NCBI GenBank assembly: GCA_021731085.1
Contig: JAKFYB010000013.1
Span: 88,125 to 152,124 of the forward strand
Length of the DNA stretch: 64,000 nucleotides
From: Dehalococcoidia bacterium
Lineage (GTDB): Bacteria > Chloroflexota > Dehalococcoidia > DSTF01 > JACRBR01
Direction of reading: 5' to 3'
In this document: positions 52,793 to 62,277 of the stretch, in pieces
Layout: every line of letters begins with the position of its first letter
Numbering within the stretch: position 1 is the stretch's first letter
The notes under the pieces: model-generated
Told to the model about the DNA's origin: nothing
Seen by the model: the letters and a program-made list of their open reading frames with translations, nothing else
Database searches by the model: none
Made by a program: the position numbers and the translations under genes

Positions 52793-53701
52793 TTAGGCGA
52801 GCGGCGGGAAGTACTCTGCCGTCTGCAGTCGATCACCGTCAAATGTGAGGGCCCAAAGGCTGCCCTTCTTGCACGAGCGCGCGGTGGGGAGTTCCAGGCC
52901 GTCCTGCGTCGCGAGGGCCGTCAGCACCTCGGGAATCACGCCTCCCTGGCTGCACAGCACGGATGCCGCATCATCATGCGCAGAGGCCCTAATCCAATCG
53001 AGCGCTCTTTTTCGGCGCGACGGGAACGTCTCCTCGGAAATCAGCGGTTGATCCTGCACGGACAGGCCGACGGCAGCGGCGAGTGGCTCGACACTTGCAC
53101 GACACCTCGCAATAGGCGAACTGTAGATCTCCCGCACGTCCCAGCGCGTCAGGAGACGGATGAGTTCATCGGCCTGCACAACGCCGACCTCGTCTAACGG
53201 GCGCTCGGCATCGGTGCCGCTCCAGTCCGATCGGCTGCCGGCGGATGCATGGCGAAGCAGAAGGATCGTGCGGAGTTTGGTTGGAGTCATTGCGAACCGC
53301 TGGAGCAACTCGCGGTCGCGCTCGGTCGTGACGAGCGCCTCGGCTTCGTCGACCGGAAGCCACTTCAATTCATCGACTTCGCGGCCTGGCGTAAAGACGC
53401 CGCCTTCCGCACGCATTGACCAGTACCGGACGAACTTCGGACGACCCTCTTTCAGGTACGTCACCTCGCCCAGCGGGCTAACGATTATTGGACGGTATCC
53501 GGTCTCTTCAAGTACCTCGCGGACGGCACCCTCGATCTCGATCTCGCCGCTGTTGAGCTTGCCTTTCGGAATGCTCCAGTCGTCGTAGCGGGGGCGGTGG
53601 ATCACGGCGACTTCGATCGAGTCGCCCTTCGAGCCGGCGGTTGAGCGCCAGAGGATGCCACCTGCGGCGCGAATGGGATTTACGGAGACACCCTGAACCA
53701 C
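52793..53701 (-). CDS. NUDIX hydrolase-histidine phosphatase fusion (MutT1-like)
   Basis: HRPRYDDWS.PKGK, REVLEETG, LRHA, CSQG. Confidence 0.88.
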   Translation of the reverse strand: MVQGVSVNPIRAAGGILWRSTAGSKGDSIEVAVIHRPRYDDWSIPKGKLNSGEIEIEGAVREVLEETGYRPIIVSPLGEVTYLKEGRPKFVRYWSMRAEGGVFTPGREVDELKWLPVDEAEALVTTERDRELLQRFAMTPTKLRTILLLRHASAGSRSDWSGTDAERPLDEVGVVQADELIRLLTRWDVREIYSSPIARCRASVEPLAAAVGLSVQDQPLISEETFPSRRKRALDWIRASAHDDAASVLCSQGGVIPEVLTALATQDGLELPTARSCKKGSLWALTFDGDRLQTAEYFPPLA

Positions 53702-53837
53702 GTTGTAGAGTAGCCTTTCCCTGCCTTGTTACTGGCATCGCAGGATCCTGCACCTGCATTCGCCAAAGCGCAGCAGGCCTCGACACATTCTGCATGCAGA
53801 TCACTCTGGTGGCAAAGTCGCTGTCGATCGTTGAGCG

Positions 53838-55916
53838 CTAACTTTTCATAGCGAGTTGCATCAGCTGCAATTGAAGCGACATCGCTTCCTCTCCCTCCGC
53901 TGGCACGAGACGCGCCCACTCGCCCTCCGCCAGGAGCTCCCACGAATTGCTGCTGTCTACGAGGGCAGTGTCGAGGATATCCATGATTCGCCGCTTGAGG
54001 CGCTTCGAGTCAATCCTCACCAGTGTTTCGACGCGCCGATCGAGATTTCGATGCATCATGTCGGCGCTGCCGATGAACACCTCGCTCTTTCCAGCATTCT
54101 CGAAGAAGTACATGCGCGAGTGCTCAAGGAAGCGGCCGACGATGCTTTGCACGCGTATGTTGGAGCTGAGACCATCGACCATCGGACGCAAAGTGCAGAT
54201 TCCACGCGCAATGATGTCGACCTGAACACCTGCAGTCGACGCGGCATACAAGGCTTCGATTATCTGCTCGTCGACCAACGAGTTCAGCTTCATGATGATT
54301 CGCCCGCCCTTGCCTTCGCGGGCGTGCTGAGCTTCGCGGTCGATGAGCTTGATCATGCGCTCGCGAAGTTCATGCGGCGCTACGAGAATCGAGTCATAGC
54401 TGGCGCGGCGCGAGTATCCCGTCAAATAGTTGAACAGGTCGCCCACGTCGTGGCCCAGCTGCTTGTTCGCCGTGAGCAGGCCGATGTCCTCGTACCCACG
54501 CGCCGTCGTCGGATTGTAGTTGCCGGTGCCGATGTGCACGTAACGCCGAAGGCCTGAACGCTCCTGTCGCACAACCATGCTCAATTTGCAATGCGTCTTC
54601 AGGCCCACCAGTCCATACACGACGTGACAGCCAGCACGCTCGAGAGTTCGCGCCCAGTTGATGTTGGCGACCTCATCAAAGCGCGCCTTGATCTCGACGA
54701 GCACGACAACTTGCTTGCCCGATTCGGCCGCCTCGATTAGCGCCTCGACGATCGGACTGTCGCCTGATGTGCGGTAGAGCGTCTGCTTGATGGCAAGCAC
54801 CGTCGGATCGGCAGCAGCTTGCTCGATGAACGCCTGCACACTCGTCACGAACGACTCGTACGGATGATGGACAAGAACGTCGCGTTTGCGAATAGCTGCG
54901 AAGACATCCGGCGCGTCATCGTCCAGGACGCGAAGGTCGCTGTGCGTAACGGGCCGAAACGCGCGGAACTTCAAATCCGCGCGCGCGGTGTCGTACAGGC
55001 TCCAGAGAAACGTCACGTCCAGCGGACCAGGCAGAATGAACGCATCATCCTCCGAAAGCTGCAGCTCGCGAATCAGCATCGCCCGGACTTGCGCCGGCAT
55101 CCCTTCTTCGACTTCGAGACGGACTGCCTTGCTGATGCGTCGGCGCGTCAATTCCGATTCAAGCGCACTGAGGAGGTCCTCGGCACGGTCATCGTCCACT
55201 TCGAGTTCTGCATCACGCGTCACGCGAAATGCGTGACTCTCGACGACCTTCATGCCATGAAACAGGTCGTTCAGGTTCGCGCCGATAACATCCTCCAGCG
55301 GCACGTGACAACCGTCCCCGAGGGCGAAGAGACGCGGGAGGATCGGCGGGACCTTGATGCGTGCGAAGTGCGTCTTGTCCTCATCGCGCACAAACACAGC
55401 GAGGTTGAGCGAGCGGTTCGAGATGTATGGAAAAGGGTGGCCGGGATCAACGGCCAACGGCGTGAGGATCGGGAAGACGTGGTCGCGAAACGTCTCGCGC
55501 ATTCTCTTTCGTTGATCGCGATCCAGATCCGCCCACCTGAGAATCTTGATTCCCTCAGCGTGCAACTCGGGCGTGACATCTTCGGCGAACGTCTGGCTGA
55601 GACGCGTCATCTGCTCTGTGACTTGCGACGAGATCAATGAGAGCTGGGCGTCGGGCGTAAGGCCGTCAGCCGATAGCTCCTGCAGGCCGGCGGCCTGCTG
55701 ACGCTTCAAGCCAGCGACGCGAACCATATAGAACTCATCGAGATTGCCCGCAACGATCGCGAGAAAGCGCGCGCGCTCTAGTAGGGGTGTGGCTGGATCC
55801 TCCGCCAGTTGCAGGACGCGATCATTGAACTGAAGGTATGACACTTCGCGGTTCAAGTAGCGGGATTCGGCGTTCGAATCCGCGTGGACGACATGTTCTT
55901 GTATCGAGACCACCAT
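53838..55916 (-). CDS. ppk1: polyphosphate kinase 1
   Basis: NLDEFYMVRVAG, HPFP, HHPY, IKQTLYR, KTHCK, GRFLEHSR. Confidence 0.97.
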   Translation of the reverse strand: MVVSIQEHVVHADSNAESRYLNREVSYLQFNDRVLQLAEDPATPLLERARFLAIVAGNLDEFYMVRVAGLKRQQAAGLQELSADGLTPDAQLSLISSQVTEQMTRLSQTFAEDVTPELHAEGIKILRWADLDRDQRKRMRETFRDHVFPILTPLAVDPGHPFPYISNRSLNLAVFVRDEDKTHFARIKVPPILPRLFALGDGCHVPLEDVIGANLNDLFHGMKVVESHAFRVTRDAELEVDDDRAEDLLSALESELTRRRISKAVRLEVEEGMPAQVRAMLIRELQLSEDDAFILPGPLDVTFLWSLYDTARADLKFRAFRPVTHSDLRVLDDDAPDVFAAIRKRDVLVHHPYESFVTSVQAFIEQAAADPTVLAIKQTLYRTSGDSPIVEALIEAAESGKQVVVLVEIKARFDEVANINWARTLERAGCHVVYGLVGLKTHCKLSMVVRQERSGLRRYVHIGTGNYNPTTARGYEDIGLLTANKQLGHDVGDLFNYLTGYSRRASYDSILVAPHELRERMIKLIDREAQHAREGKGGRIIMKLNSLVDEQIIEALYAASTAGVQVDIIARGICTLRPMVDGLSSNIRVQSIVGRFLEHSRMYFFENAGKSEVFIGSADMMHRNLDRRVETLVRIDSKRLKRRIMDILDTALVDSSNSWELLAEGEWARLVPAEGEEAMSLQLQLMQLAMKS

Positions 55917-56201
55917 CGGTCTAGCTTACTCCCTGCCTGCCGGCCGGATCGGCACGAATGAAGACCCGAACGCCAGCAGGATCCGCGGCTCCGCACCCAG
56001 AGGCGACGCGGTCTTACACTCAGACTATCGGAGGCTGGGTCTCCACACTGCAGGCCACTGTTCACAAGCAATCGCGCGTTGATCAGCGTCGAGCTTCGGG
56101 AAGCGGTCGACGTACGTGGATCCCAGACACAGGAAGGTGCCAGCGAAGCCGGCTGGGCCTAATCCACAGCCACGACAAATCTGCTTGTTGGCCACGTTGC
56201 C

Positions 56202-56570
56202 TCAGGCAAGCACCTGCAGATAGCCACGGTCACCATCAACAGAGACCTGTTGGCCGTCGCGGATCAAGGCGGTGGCGCCGGACGCTATCACCACCGGGAT
56301 CCCATACTCCCTTGCGAGCGTCGCCGCGTTCGAAAGCGCGCCACCGGATTCCAGTACCAGCGCACCAGCGTTCGCCAATAGCTGTGAAAGTCTCGGCTGT
56401 GGCAGGCGGCAAATCAACACATCGCCCGGCTGCACTAGCTCCAGCGGATGCATCGCGGAGATCACCCGCGCAGAACCAACCACGCATCCTCGCGACCCCG
56501 GAGTCCCCTGGATCACGGGACTCGCGTGCGCGTTCACGATTGCAACATCCGACGCTGGAGCTCGCATCAA
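56202..56570 (-). CDS. stand-alone PEP-utilising enzyme mobile domain (phospho-His replaced by Asn)
   Basis: SGGALSNAATLAREYGIP, VDGDRG; start uncertain. Confidence 0.75.
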   Translation of the reverse strand: MMRAPASDVAIVNAHASPVIQGTPGSRGCVVGSARVISAMHPLELVQPGDVLICRLPQPRLSQLLANAGALVLESGGALSNAATLAREYGIPVVIASGATALIRDGQQVSVDGDRGYLQVLA

Positions 56571-56590
56571 GCAGAAGCTACAGCCGCGAG

Positions 56591-56716
56591 ATTAACGCTA
56601 CGTCATCCGAGGTTAACGCGCGGTTAACGGGCCTTAGGGTGGTCTTCTCAATCGACCAATTGTTACATGGACATCGGCACCAAGGCCTCGTTAACGCGCG
56701 TTAACCAAGCGTAAAC
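56591..56716. promoter_or_regulatory. two clusters of GTTAAC repeats with 10-11 bp spacing (Pho-box-like)
   Basis: GGTTAACGCGC GGTTAACGGGC (56611-56632); GTTAACGCGC GTTAACCAAGC GTAAAC (56690-56716). Confidence 0.5.
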
Positions 56717-56795
56717 CGACCCCGCTTACGATCACAGACGTTGGAACCACAGTGCTCTAGGTGGCGGAAACTACGCAGTTCAGCCGAGGCGGTCA

Positions 56796-57137
56796 TCAAT
56801 CCGCGCGTAGCAGGCCACGTCCAACGCCTTCGAGGTCGCCACGGTTGTGCGCACCAATCTTGCGGTAGATGTTGCTGATGTGGCGCTCAACCGTCCGTTC
56901 GCTGAGAGCGAGGCGCATGCCGATCTCGCAGCAGCTGCTAACTGCCACTAGCAGCAGCCGAAGAATCTCCATCTCCCGCGGCGTTAAGTCCGAGTCGACA
57001 TGGGCTGCGTCGCTCGGCAGTATCGAGCCAATGATTGAGTCGTTCGTTCCACGCAGAGAAGTGTCATGTCCCGCGGCGAGAAGGCAGGCCAGCGCGTCAA
57101 GTCGGAGCTGTGGCAGCCACCGTATTGAGCGGCGCAC
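56796..57137 (-). pseudogene. LuxR-type HTH fragment, probably degenerate
   Basis: LTPREMEIL...LSERTVERHISNIYRK with an aberrant middle segment and no convincing N-terminal domain. Confidence 0.55.
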
Positions 57138-57245
57138 CAGTCAAAATGAGTGGCACCCAGGTTAGTGAGGTTGACCGTGAGCGAGCACTCCACAGGGGGT
57201 GTGAACGGCTCTTCACAGATCGAGAACGTGCGTCTAAGTGAAAAA

Positions 57246-57322
57246 TGGTCGGGGCGACAGGATTCGAACCTGCGACCTCCTGACCCCCAGTCAGGTGCGC
57301 TACCGGGCTGCGCCACACCCCG
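57246..57322 (-). tRNA. tRNA-Pro (GGG)
   Basis: CGGGGTGTGGCGCAGCCCGGTAGCGCACCTGACTGGGGGTCAGGAGGTCGCAGGTTCGAATCCTGTCGCCCCGACCA; cloverleaf with encoded CCA. Confidence 0.97.
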
Positions 57323-57323
57323 A
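57284..57323. repeat. att core, left copy (5' half of tRNA-Pro)
   Basis: CCCCCAGTCAGGTGCGCTACCGGGCTGCGCCACACCCCGA, identical to 63890-63929. Confidence 0.95.
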
Positions 57324-57430
57324 CTCTTGAATCTGGAAACAGCACCTGACCTGAAATCTCTTGTAGCATAGAGCTCGAATCCCATATAACTTCTTGGTTC
57401 CCCTGGGGGTGAAACCGGAAGGATTCGACC

Positions 57431-58372
57431 ATGCCACGCACTGTCTCCGAGCCCATTACAACACAGGGCGATATCCACGACAACATCGTTTCCTTCCGAC
57501 GTCACCTTCGGGCACGTGCCAGATCACCGCGCACCATCGAGACATACATGGAAGCATGCAACCAGCTGGCGCGATTTCTCTCTGAGCACGGCATGCCTAC
57601 GGACGTTGCAAAGATTCATCGCGAGCACGTCGAGGCGTACATCATAGAGCTCGTAGAGAAGTGGAAACCGGCGACCGCGAACAATCGGTTTAAGAGCTTG
57701 CAGGCCTTCTTCAAGTGGCTCGCCGAGGATGGCGAAATCAAGTCATCGCCCATGGAGAAGATGAAGCCGCCGAAGAACGAACCACAGCCGGTGCCGGTAT
57801 TCACCGACGGCCAGCTAATGGCACTGCTCGCGACCGCCGAGAAGCCTGACACCTTCGAAAACCGGCGCGACCTGGCGATACTCCGCGTATTCATTGATAC
57901 CGGCGCTCGCCGCGCCGAGGTCGTGGGCCTGCGCTACACGGCAGATGAAGACAACGACATCGACCTAGAGAATGGGTTGCTGCGCGTGATGGGCAAAGGT
58001 GGGCGCGGGCGCGTGGTTCCGATTGGGAACAAGACAGTCAAGGCGCTCGACCGCTACCTTCGGAAGCGCAAGCAGCATCCAGCACACTCCCTGCAGAACC
58101 TTTGGCTCGGTCGTAAGGGGCCGTTCGCCGAGAGCGGCGTTGCACAAATGATCAAAGATCGGGGCCGTCGCGCTGGCCTTGGTGAGATACATCCGCACCA
58201 GCTGCGGCATACGTTCGCCCATAGCTGGCTGTCAAATGGCGGGCTAGAGGGTGACTTGATGCGCTTGGCTGGGTGGCGGTCTCGATCTATGCTCGATCGA
58301 TACGCAGCTACAACAGCTTCCAAGCGAGCTCAAGACGCCCACCGCAAACTGTCGCCTGGAGACAGAATCTAA
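57431..58372 (+). CDS. tyrosine recombinase/integrase
   Basis: N-terminal SAM-like domain; catalytic R (TGARRAE), K (GKG), HQLRH, GW, Y (DRY). Confidence 0.93.
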   Translation: MPRTVSEPITTQGDIHDNIVSFRRHLRARARSPRTIETYMEACNQLARFLSEHGMPTDVAKIHREHVEAYIIELVEKWKPATANNRFKSLQAFFKWLAEDGEIKSSPMEKMKPPKNEPQPVPVFTDGQLMALLATAEKPDTFENRRDLAILRVFIDTGARRAEVVGLRYTADEDNDIDLENGLLRVMGKGGRGRVVPIGNKTVKALDRYLRKRKQHPAHSLQNLWLGRKGPFAESGVAQMIKDRGRRAGLGEIHPHQLRHTFAHSWLSNGGLEGDLMRLAGWRSRSMLDRYAATTASKRAQDAHRKLSPGDRI

Positions 58373-58399
58373 TCTCACAGCGCCATACGCTAGGGACCC

Positions 58400-60871
58400 A
58401 TGCCTGAGATTGGTTTGCAAACCGCGCTAGAAATGATCGTCCAGTCCCACGATTCGGGCCGAAGGCATTGCTTCGTTGTGGGTTCGGGCCTCTCAGCTCC
58501 TATCGTTCCCGGAGCGCGCACGATTATCGATGAGTGTGGGCGGAGGGCACCGGTTTCCGACGAGACCACAATTCCGAGCGACCCGATGGAGCAATACTCC
58601 TTCTGGATGCGCAGGGCATTTCCAAGTCCCGCCTTGCGCGGGGAATACCTCGCTGAACTCATCCGTGGAAAGCCCATCTCGGCTGCTAACCTTCGACTCG
58701 CGCACCTTGTCACTGGATCCGACTTCGGCAGAATCGTGATCACGCCAAACTTCGACGACTTTTTCACGCGCGCCGTCGCGCTATTCGGGGGCCAGCCAAT
58801 TGTGTGTGACCATCCCTTCACCACGGGACGGGTTTCAATGGCCTTGTCGTCGACAGAGATTCAAGTAGTTCATGTGCACGGGACCCATTGGTTCTACGAC
58901 GCGTGCAACCTCGACCATGAAATCGTAGCTCGCGGGACTTGGGACGCCCAGACTCCGACCATGCTCGACCTTCTGCAAAACATCTTCCGGGAGCGTGCTC
59001 CTCTTGTCATAGGTTACAGCGGGTGGGAAAGTGACGTCGTCATGAAAGCCCTACGACACCAACTCAGCGTCAGGGGTTTCCCGGACAACTGTTACTGGTT
59101 CTGTCACAATCGAGATGACCGCGCCCGCCTTCCAGATTGGCTAACGAGCGATCCGAATGTTTATCTGGTACTGCCCGATAGAGAGGTTTCGAAGTCCTCC
59201 CGAACTGACTCTTCTCTTCCACCAGCAGCAGCAGCTACAGCTCCAGCGGCCCTAGTCGACGGGTCAGGTGGAGAGTCTGTTGACGAAGACGAGTCAGCTT
59301 CCTCGGTGCTCGACGATGTCGACTCCGGAGCCAAGCCGACACTAAGCGCTCAGGCAGTGTTGGATGGACTGCTACAGAGTCTCTCTGTACCGATTCCTCG
59401 GTTGCTCGACGATCCGATCGCCGCCTTAGCAGACCGGCTGGCGAATGAACTAGCGCCCTCCGAGTCGCCGATCGACGACCTATATCGAATTTCATCCGTC
59501 GTTGAGAAGATCCGATCGGCGGCGGCGTGCTATGACCAGCCCGGCGGCGACTCCGACCCACTGGAGCCAATACGAGCCTCGCTCAGGAGTCTCGACTACT
59601 CAGGCGTGATTCAATCGATTTCGAACCTCGAACGCAACGATCTAACCCAAGAACAAAAGAGGGAGATTGTCGAGATAGCCCTCGCTGCCAGCAGGGCAAT
59701 TTCGGGCCCTTCTGAAAGCGAGTTACCCGGCTATGATCTCGTGGTCTCCTACGGCGATGAGATCGCCAAAGACGATCCGACGGTTCAAGACCGCGTTGCT
59801 ACCGCCATTTACCTGAAAGGCCTGGCGTTGTCTTTGTTGGATCGTGACGACGAAGCACTCCAGACACTTGATGATTTCCTAGAACGCTACAGCACCGTCC
59901 CGGCTCAGGCCCGTTCCACAGCCGTCGCAATGAACGTAAAGGCGGGTATTGTTCAGTCACTAGGTGAACCCGAGGAGGCGCTGCGTATCGTCGATGACAT
60001 CGTCGAGCGCTTCGGGGGTACGTCCGACCCGGGTGTGCTTGCCCACGTCGCCCACGCCATGAGCGCCCGAGCCCGCTATCTCGGCTCGAACCAACTGGAT
60101 CAGGCACTAGAGGCCTTTGCCGCATTGGACGAGCGTTTCGGCTCGTCGGAAGAAACGGAAATACGGATTGAGGTCGCCCGTGCTCTCGTCGCAAAGGCCT
60201 ACTTACTTTCATCCTCTGGACAGCTAGAAAGCGCGATCGAAGTCTGTGACCGTGTAATCGCGGACTTTTCACAGGATCGAGACGAAAAATTGCGCGCTGC
60301 GGTTGCAACGGCGGGATATCGAAAAGGAGCAAGCCTCGGAGGCCTATCCCGCAATGAGGAGGCCGTCGCCGCGTACGAGTGGGTCATTACCCATTTTGGC
60401 GAGGACACGAACGAAGAAATCGTCGAGAGTGTAGCCGCTGCACTCTTTGGCAAGGCGTATCGCCTTAGTCGCCTCAAAAAATCCGAGGCTGCAGTCGAAA
60501 CCTACGACGAACTCGTGGACCGCTATGGCGAGACATCTGACGAGACCATTCTCGTGATTGTCTCCAAAGCACTTGGTAACAAGGGGAGCCAGCTCCAGAA
60601 GCTTGGCGACGAGGAGGCGGCTCTCGATTCATACGGCCTTGTGGTCGAGCGCTTTCTGAATAGCGCACACAGCAATTTGCGCAGTCACGCGGCAAAGATT
60701 TCAAATCGCCGGGCTGCATTACTGAACAAGATGGGGCGCCCGCTGGAGGCGGCCACGCAATACAGTCTGGTCGCCAACTTGGATGAGGACAGATCCCCCA
60801 GAACGATGAAGGCCGAGATTGCTAAAGCGCGCTTGGAGCTGGAAGAAATCGACAGCGCTGACGAAGAGTGA
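58400..60871 (+). CDS. SIR2-like domain protein with C-terminal TPR-like repeats
   Basis: VGSGLS, ITPNFDD, HVHG, VIGYSGWE; about eight 43-aa helical repeats. Confidence 0.82.
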   Translation: MPEIGLQTALEMIVQSHDSGRRHCFVVGSGLSAPIVPGARTIIDECGRRAPVSDETTIPSDPMEQYSFWMRRAFPSPALRGEYLAELIRGKPISAANLRLAHLVTGSDFGRIVITPNFDDFFTRAVALFGGQPIVCDHPFTTGRVSMALSSTEIQVVHVHGTHWFYDACNLDHEIVARGTWDAQTPTMLDLLQNIFRERAPLVIGYSGWESDVVMKALRHQLSVRGFPDNCYWFCHNRDDRARLPDWLTSDPNVYLVLPDREVSKSSRTDSSLPPAAAATAPAALVDGSGGESVDEDESASSVLDDVDSGAKPTLSAQAVLDGLLQSLSVPIPRLLDDPIAALADRLANELAPSESPIDDLYRISSVVEKIRSAAACYDQPGGDSDPLEPIRASLRSLDYSGVIQSISNLERNDLTQEQKREIVEIALAASRAISGPSESELPGYDLVVSYGDEIAKDDPTVQDRVATAIYLKGLALSLLDRDDEALQTLDDFLERYSTVPAQARSTAVAMNVKAGIVQSLGEPEEALRIVDDIVERFGGTSDPGVLAHVAHAMSARARYLGSNQLDQALEAFAALDERFGSSEETEIRIEVARALVAKAYLLSSSGQLESAIEVCDRVIADFSQDRDEKLRAAVATAGYRKGASLGGLSRNEEAVAAYEWVITHFGEDTNEEIVESVAAALFGKAYRLSRLKKSEAAVETYDELVDRYGETSDETILVIVSKALGNKGSQLQKLGDEEAALDSYGLVVERFLNSAHSNLRSHAAKISNRRAALLNKMGRPLEAATQYSLVANLDEDRSPRTMKAEIAKARLELEEIDSADEE

Positions 60872-61062
60872 GTAACCTACCAACCTCACGCAGGGTGGAC
60901 CACTAGGAATATTTCGTCCTCTAAGGGGGTTGCGCGAAAGAATCGCACAACCCCGTCGTCTCAGGGTCTGGTCTTGGAACCCGCTGTCAAGAGGTATCCG
61001 TTACGGTGCTCCGCCCCCGTCCCACCGCACCGCTCCGCCGTAACAAACCCTCCCCTTGACAG

Positions 61063-61386
61063 CTAGTCTTTGAAGCCCGAAGGAAAGTCTTTGGTAGGCA
61101 CTGGATCGCCAGGTCGCCCTAATCGAACGACCATCTCGAAGTCTGGAGGGTAGCGGCGCCGGACTCCCGGCCCGTTGGTCGTAATTCGACAGCTCCCACA
61201 ACGTGAGCAACGATAGACGAACAAGGCGCGGTCAAACGGCTCTAGTTCCATCCAGTCGTAGAACAGGTTTAGAGCCCCTATGGCGTCCTCGCGGGACAAC
61301 ATATTCCAGTTGTGTTTGTCATCGCCCTTCATTCGACTCGGTGGAGCTCCTAAACAGCCCGCATCCTTCGTCCATGGTTCAAACAT
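61063..61386 (-). CDS. hypothetical protein (CxxC)
   Basis: GGAGGGAG RBS; ATG immediately after the upstream TAG. Confidence 0.6.
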   Translation of the reverse strand: MFEPWTKDAGCLGAPPSRMKGDDKHNWNMLSREDAIGALNLFYDWMELEPFDRALFVYRCSRCGSCRITTNGPGVRRRYPPDFEMVVRLGRPGDPVPTKDFPSGFKD

Positions 61387-61545
61387 CTACTCGCTCCCTC
61401 CCTCGCGTCGTTTTGCGGTCTGTCTCCTGACCCAATCATCAAACTCGCGCCACGGTTCATCCATCCCCACAGCGATCGCGGTACCACCCCCGTACTCCCA
61501 AGGCGATATCGAGACGTGCGACGGTGAGCCGCTCACCGAGAGCAC
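61387..61545 (-). CDS. small hypothetical protein (52 aa), below the ORF-track cutoff
   Basis: GGAGG then GTG 61545; MLSVSGSPSHVSISPWEYGGGTAIAVGMDEPWREFDDWVRRQTAKRREGGSE; fills the gap between rep and the 107-aa ORF. Confidence 0.45.
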   Translation of the reverse strand: MLSVSGSPSHVSISPWEYGGGTAIAVGMDEPWREFDDWVRRQTAKRREGGSE

Positions 61546-61548
61546 CAG

Positions 61549-62277
61549 CTACGTGCCTCCCGGCCACCTTCCCAAGAAGGGATGCCAGAACCTCAGGTCG
61601 CGCCAGTGCTTGGAACACGACCATACACGCCGACCGCTAGGCCAAAGCTCGGAGTCCTTAAGCATGTACTTTGCAAAATATGCACAACCTCCGCTAATGT
61701 TGCGGAGCCTTCGAACATCCACGATCTTCCCGAAGCCGGCTTGGACGGCCAATCGGCGCAAGACAGCGACAGGAAGCCACTCAAGACCCGCGATCGCGTT
61801 GTGATAGTGGATTGCCCCGCGTGACTGGAGCTCACCGACGCGAAAGAACTCGATCCTTGCTGCCGGGTATTTGCGTCGGAGAAGCGTGATGAAGTGGTTC
61901 CACCTTTTCGCTGCGCCGACGTTCCATGCCTCGATGGCCTCAGCGGTCGTCAACCCCCCGCCAGTGCCAGGTGCCGTAAGCGTGACGAATAGCACCGAAT
62001 TGGGACGAGCCTTCAACCCGGCAAGCAGTGATGCCTTCGTGCGCTTGAGCCAGTGATTTGGCCCGCAATGCGGGCATCGGCGGCGCTTGCACGGGAGCAC
62101 TAACTCGTCCCCGACACTCGAACCAGCGGGCCGCATGGTAATCGGCACTGCATACTGTGCCGCGAGAGCCATCGCCTTACGATTGCGGCGGGCGTTCAAC
62201 ACTCGTCTCATCCGAATCGGCGTAGGACAAGCACCAGACCCGTCAAACCCGCTGTGGAGTTGTTCTACCGGTATCAA
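61549..62277 (-). CDS. HUH rolling-circle replication initiator (compact RepSA-like)
   Basis: CKRRRCPHC, motif I FVTLTAP, motif II ELQSRGAIHYH, motif III YFAKY; true start uncertain. Confidence 0.88.
   Translation of the reverse strand: MIPVEQLHSGFDGSGACPTPIRMRRVLNARRNRKAMALAAQYAVPITMRPAGSSVGDELVLPCKRRRCPHCGPNHWLKRTKASLLAGLKARPNSVLFVTLTAPGTGGGLTTAEAIEAWNVGAAKRWNHFITLLRRKYPAARIEFFRVGELQSRGAIHYHNAIAGLEWLPVAVLRRLAVQAGFGKIVDVRRLRNISGGCAYFAKYMLKDSELWPSGRRVWSCSKHWRDLRFWHPFLGRWPGGT

Noticed and set aside
42388..57245. Possible second island attached at the tRNA 3' end
   Set aside because: I found no duplicated tRNA 3' fragment or second integrase by eye; only compositional hints
56984..57505. ORFs spanning the tRNA (56984-57505, 57097-57486, 57150-57371)
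   Set aside because: Translation artefacts of the tRNA-Pro sequence
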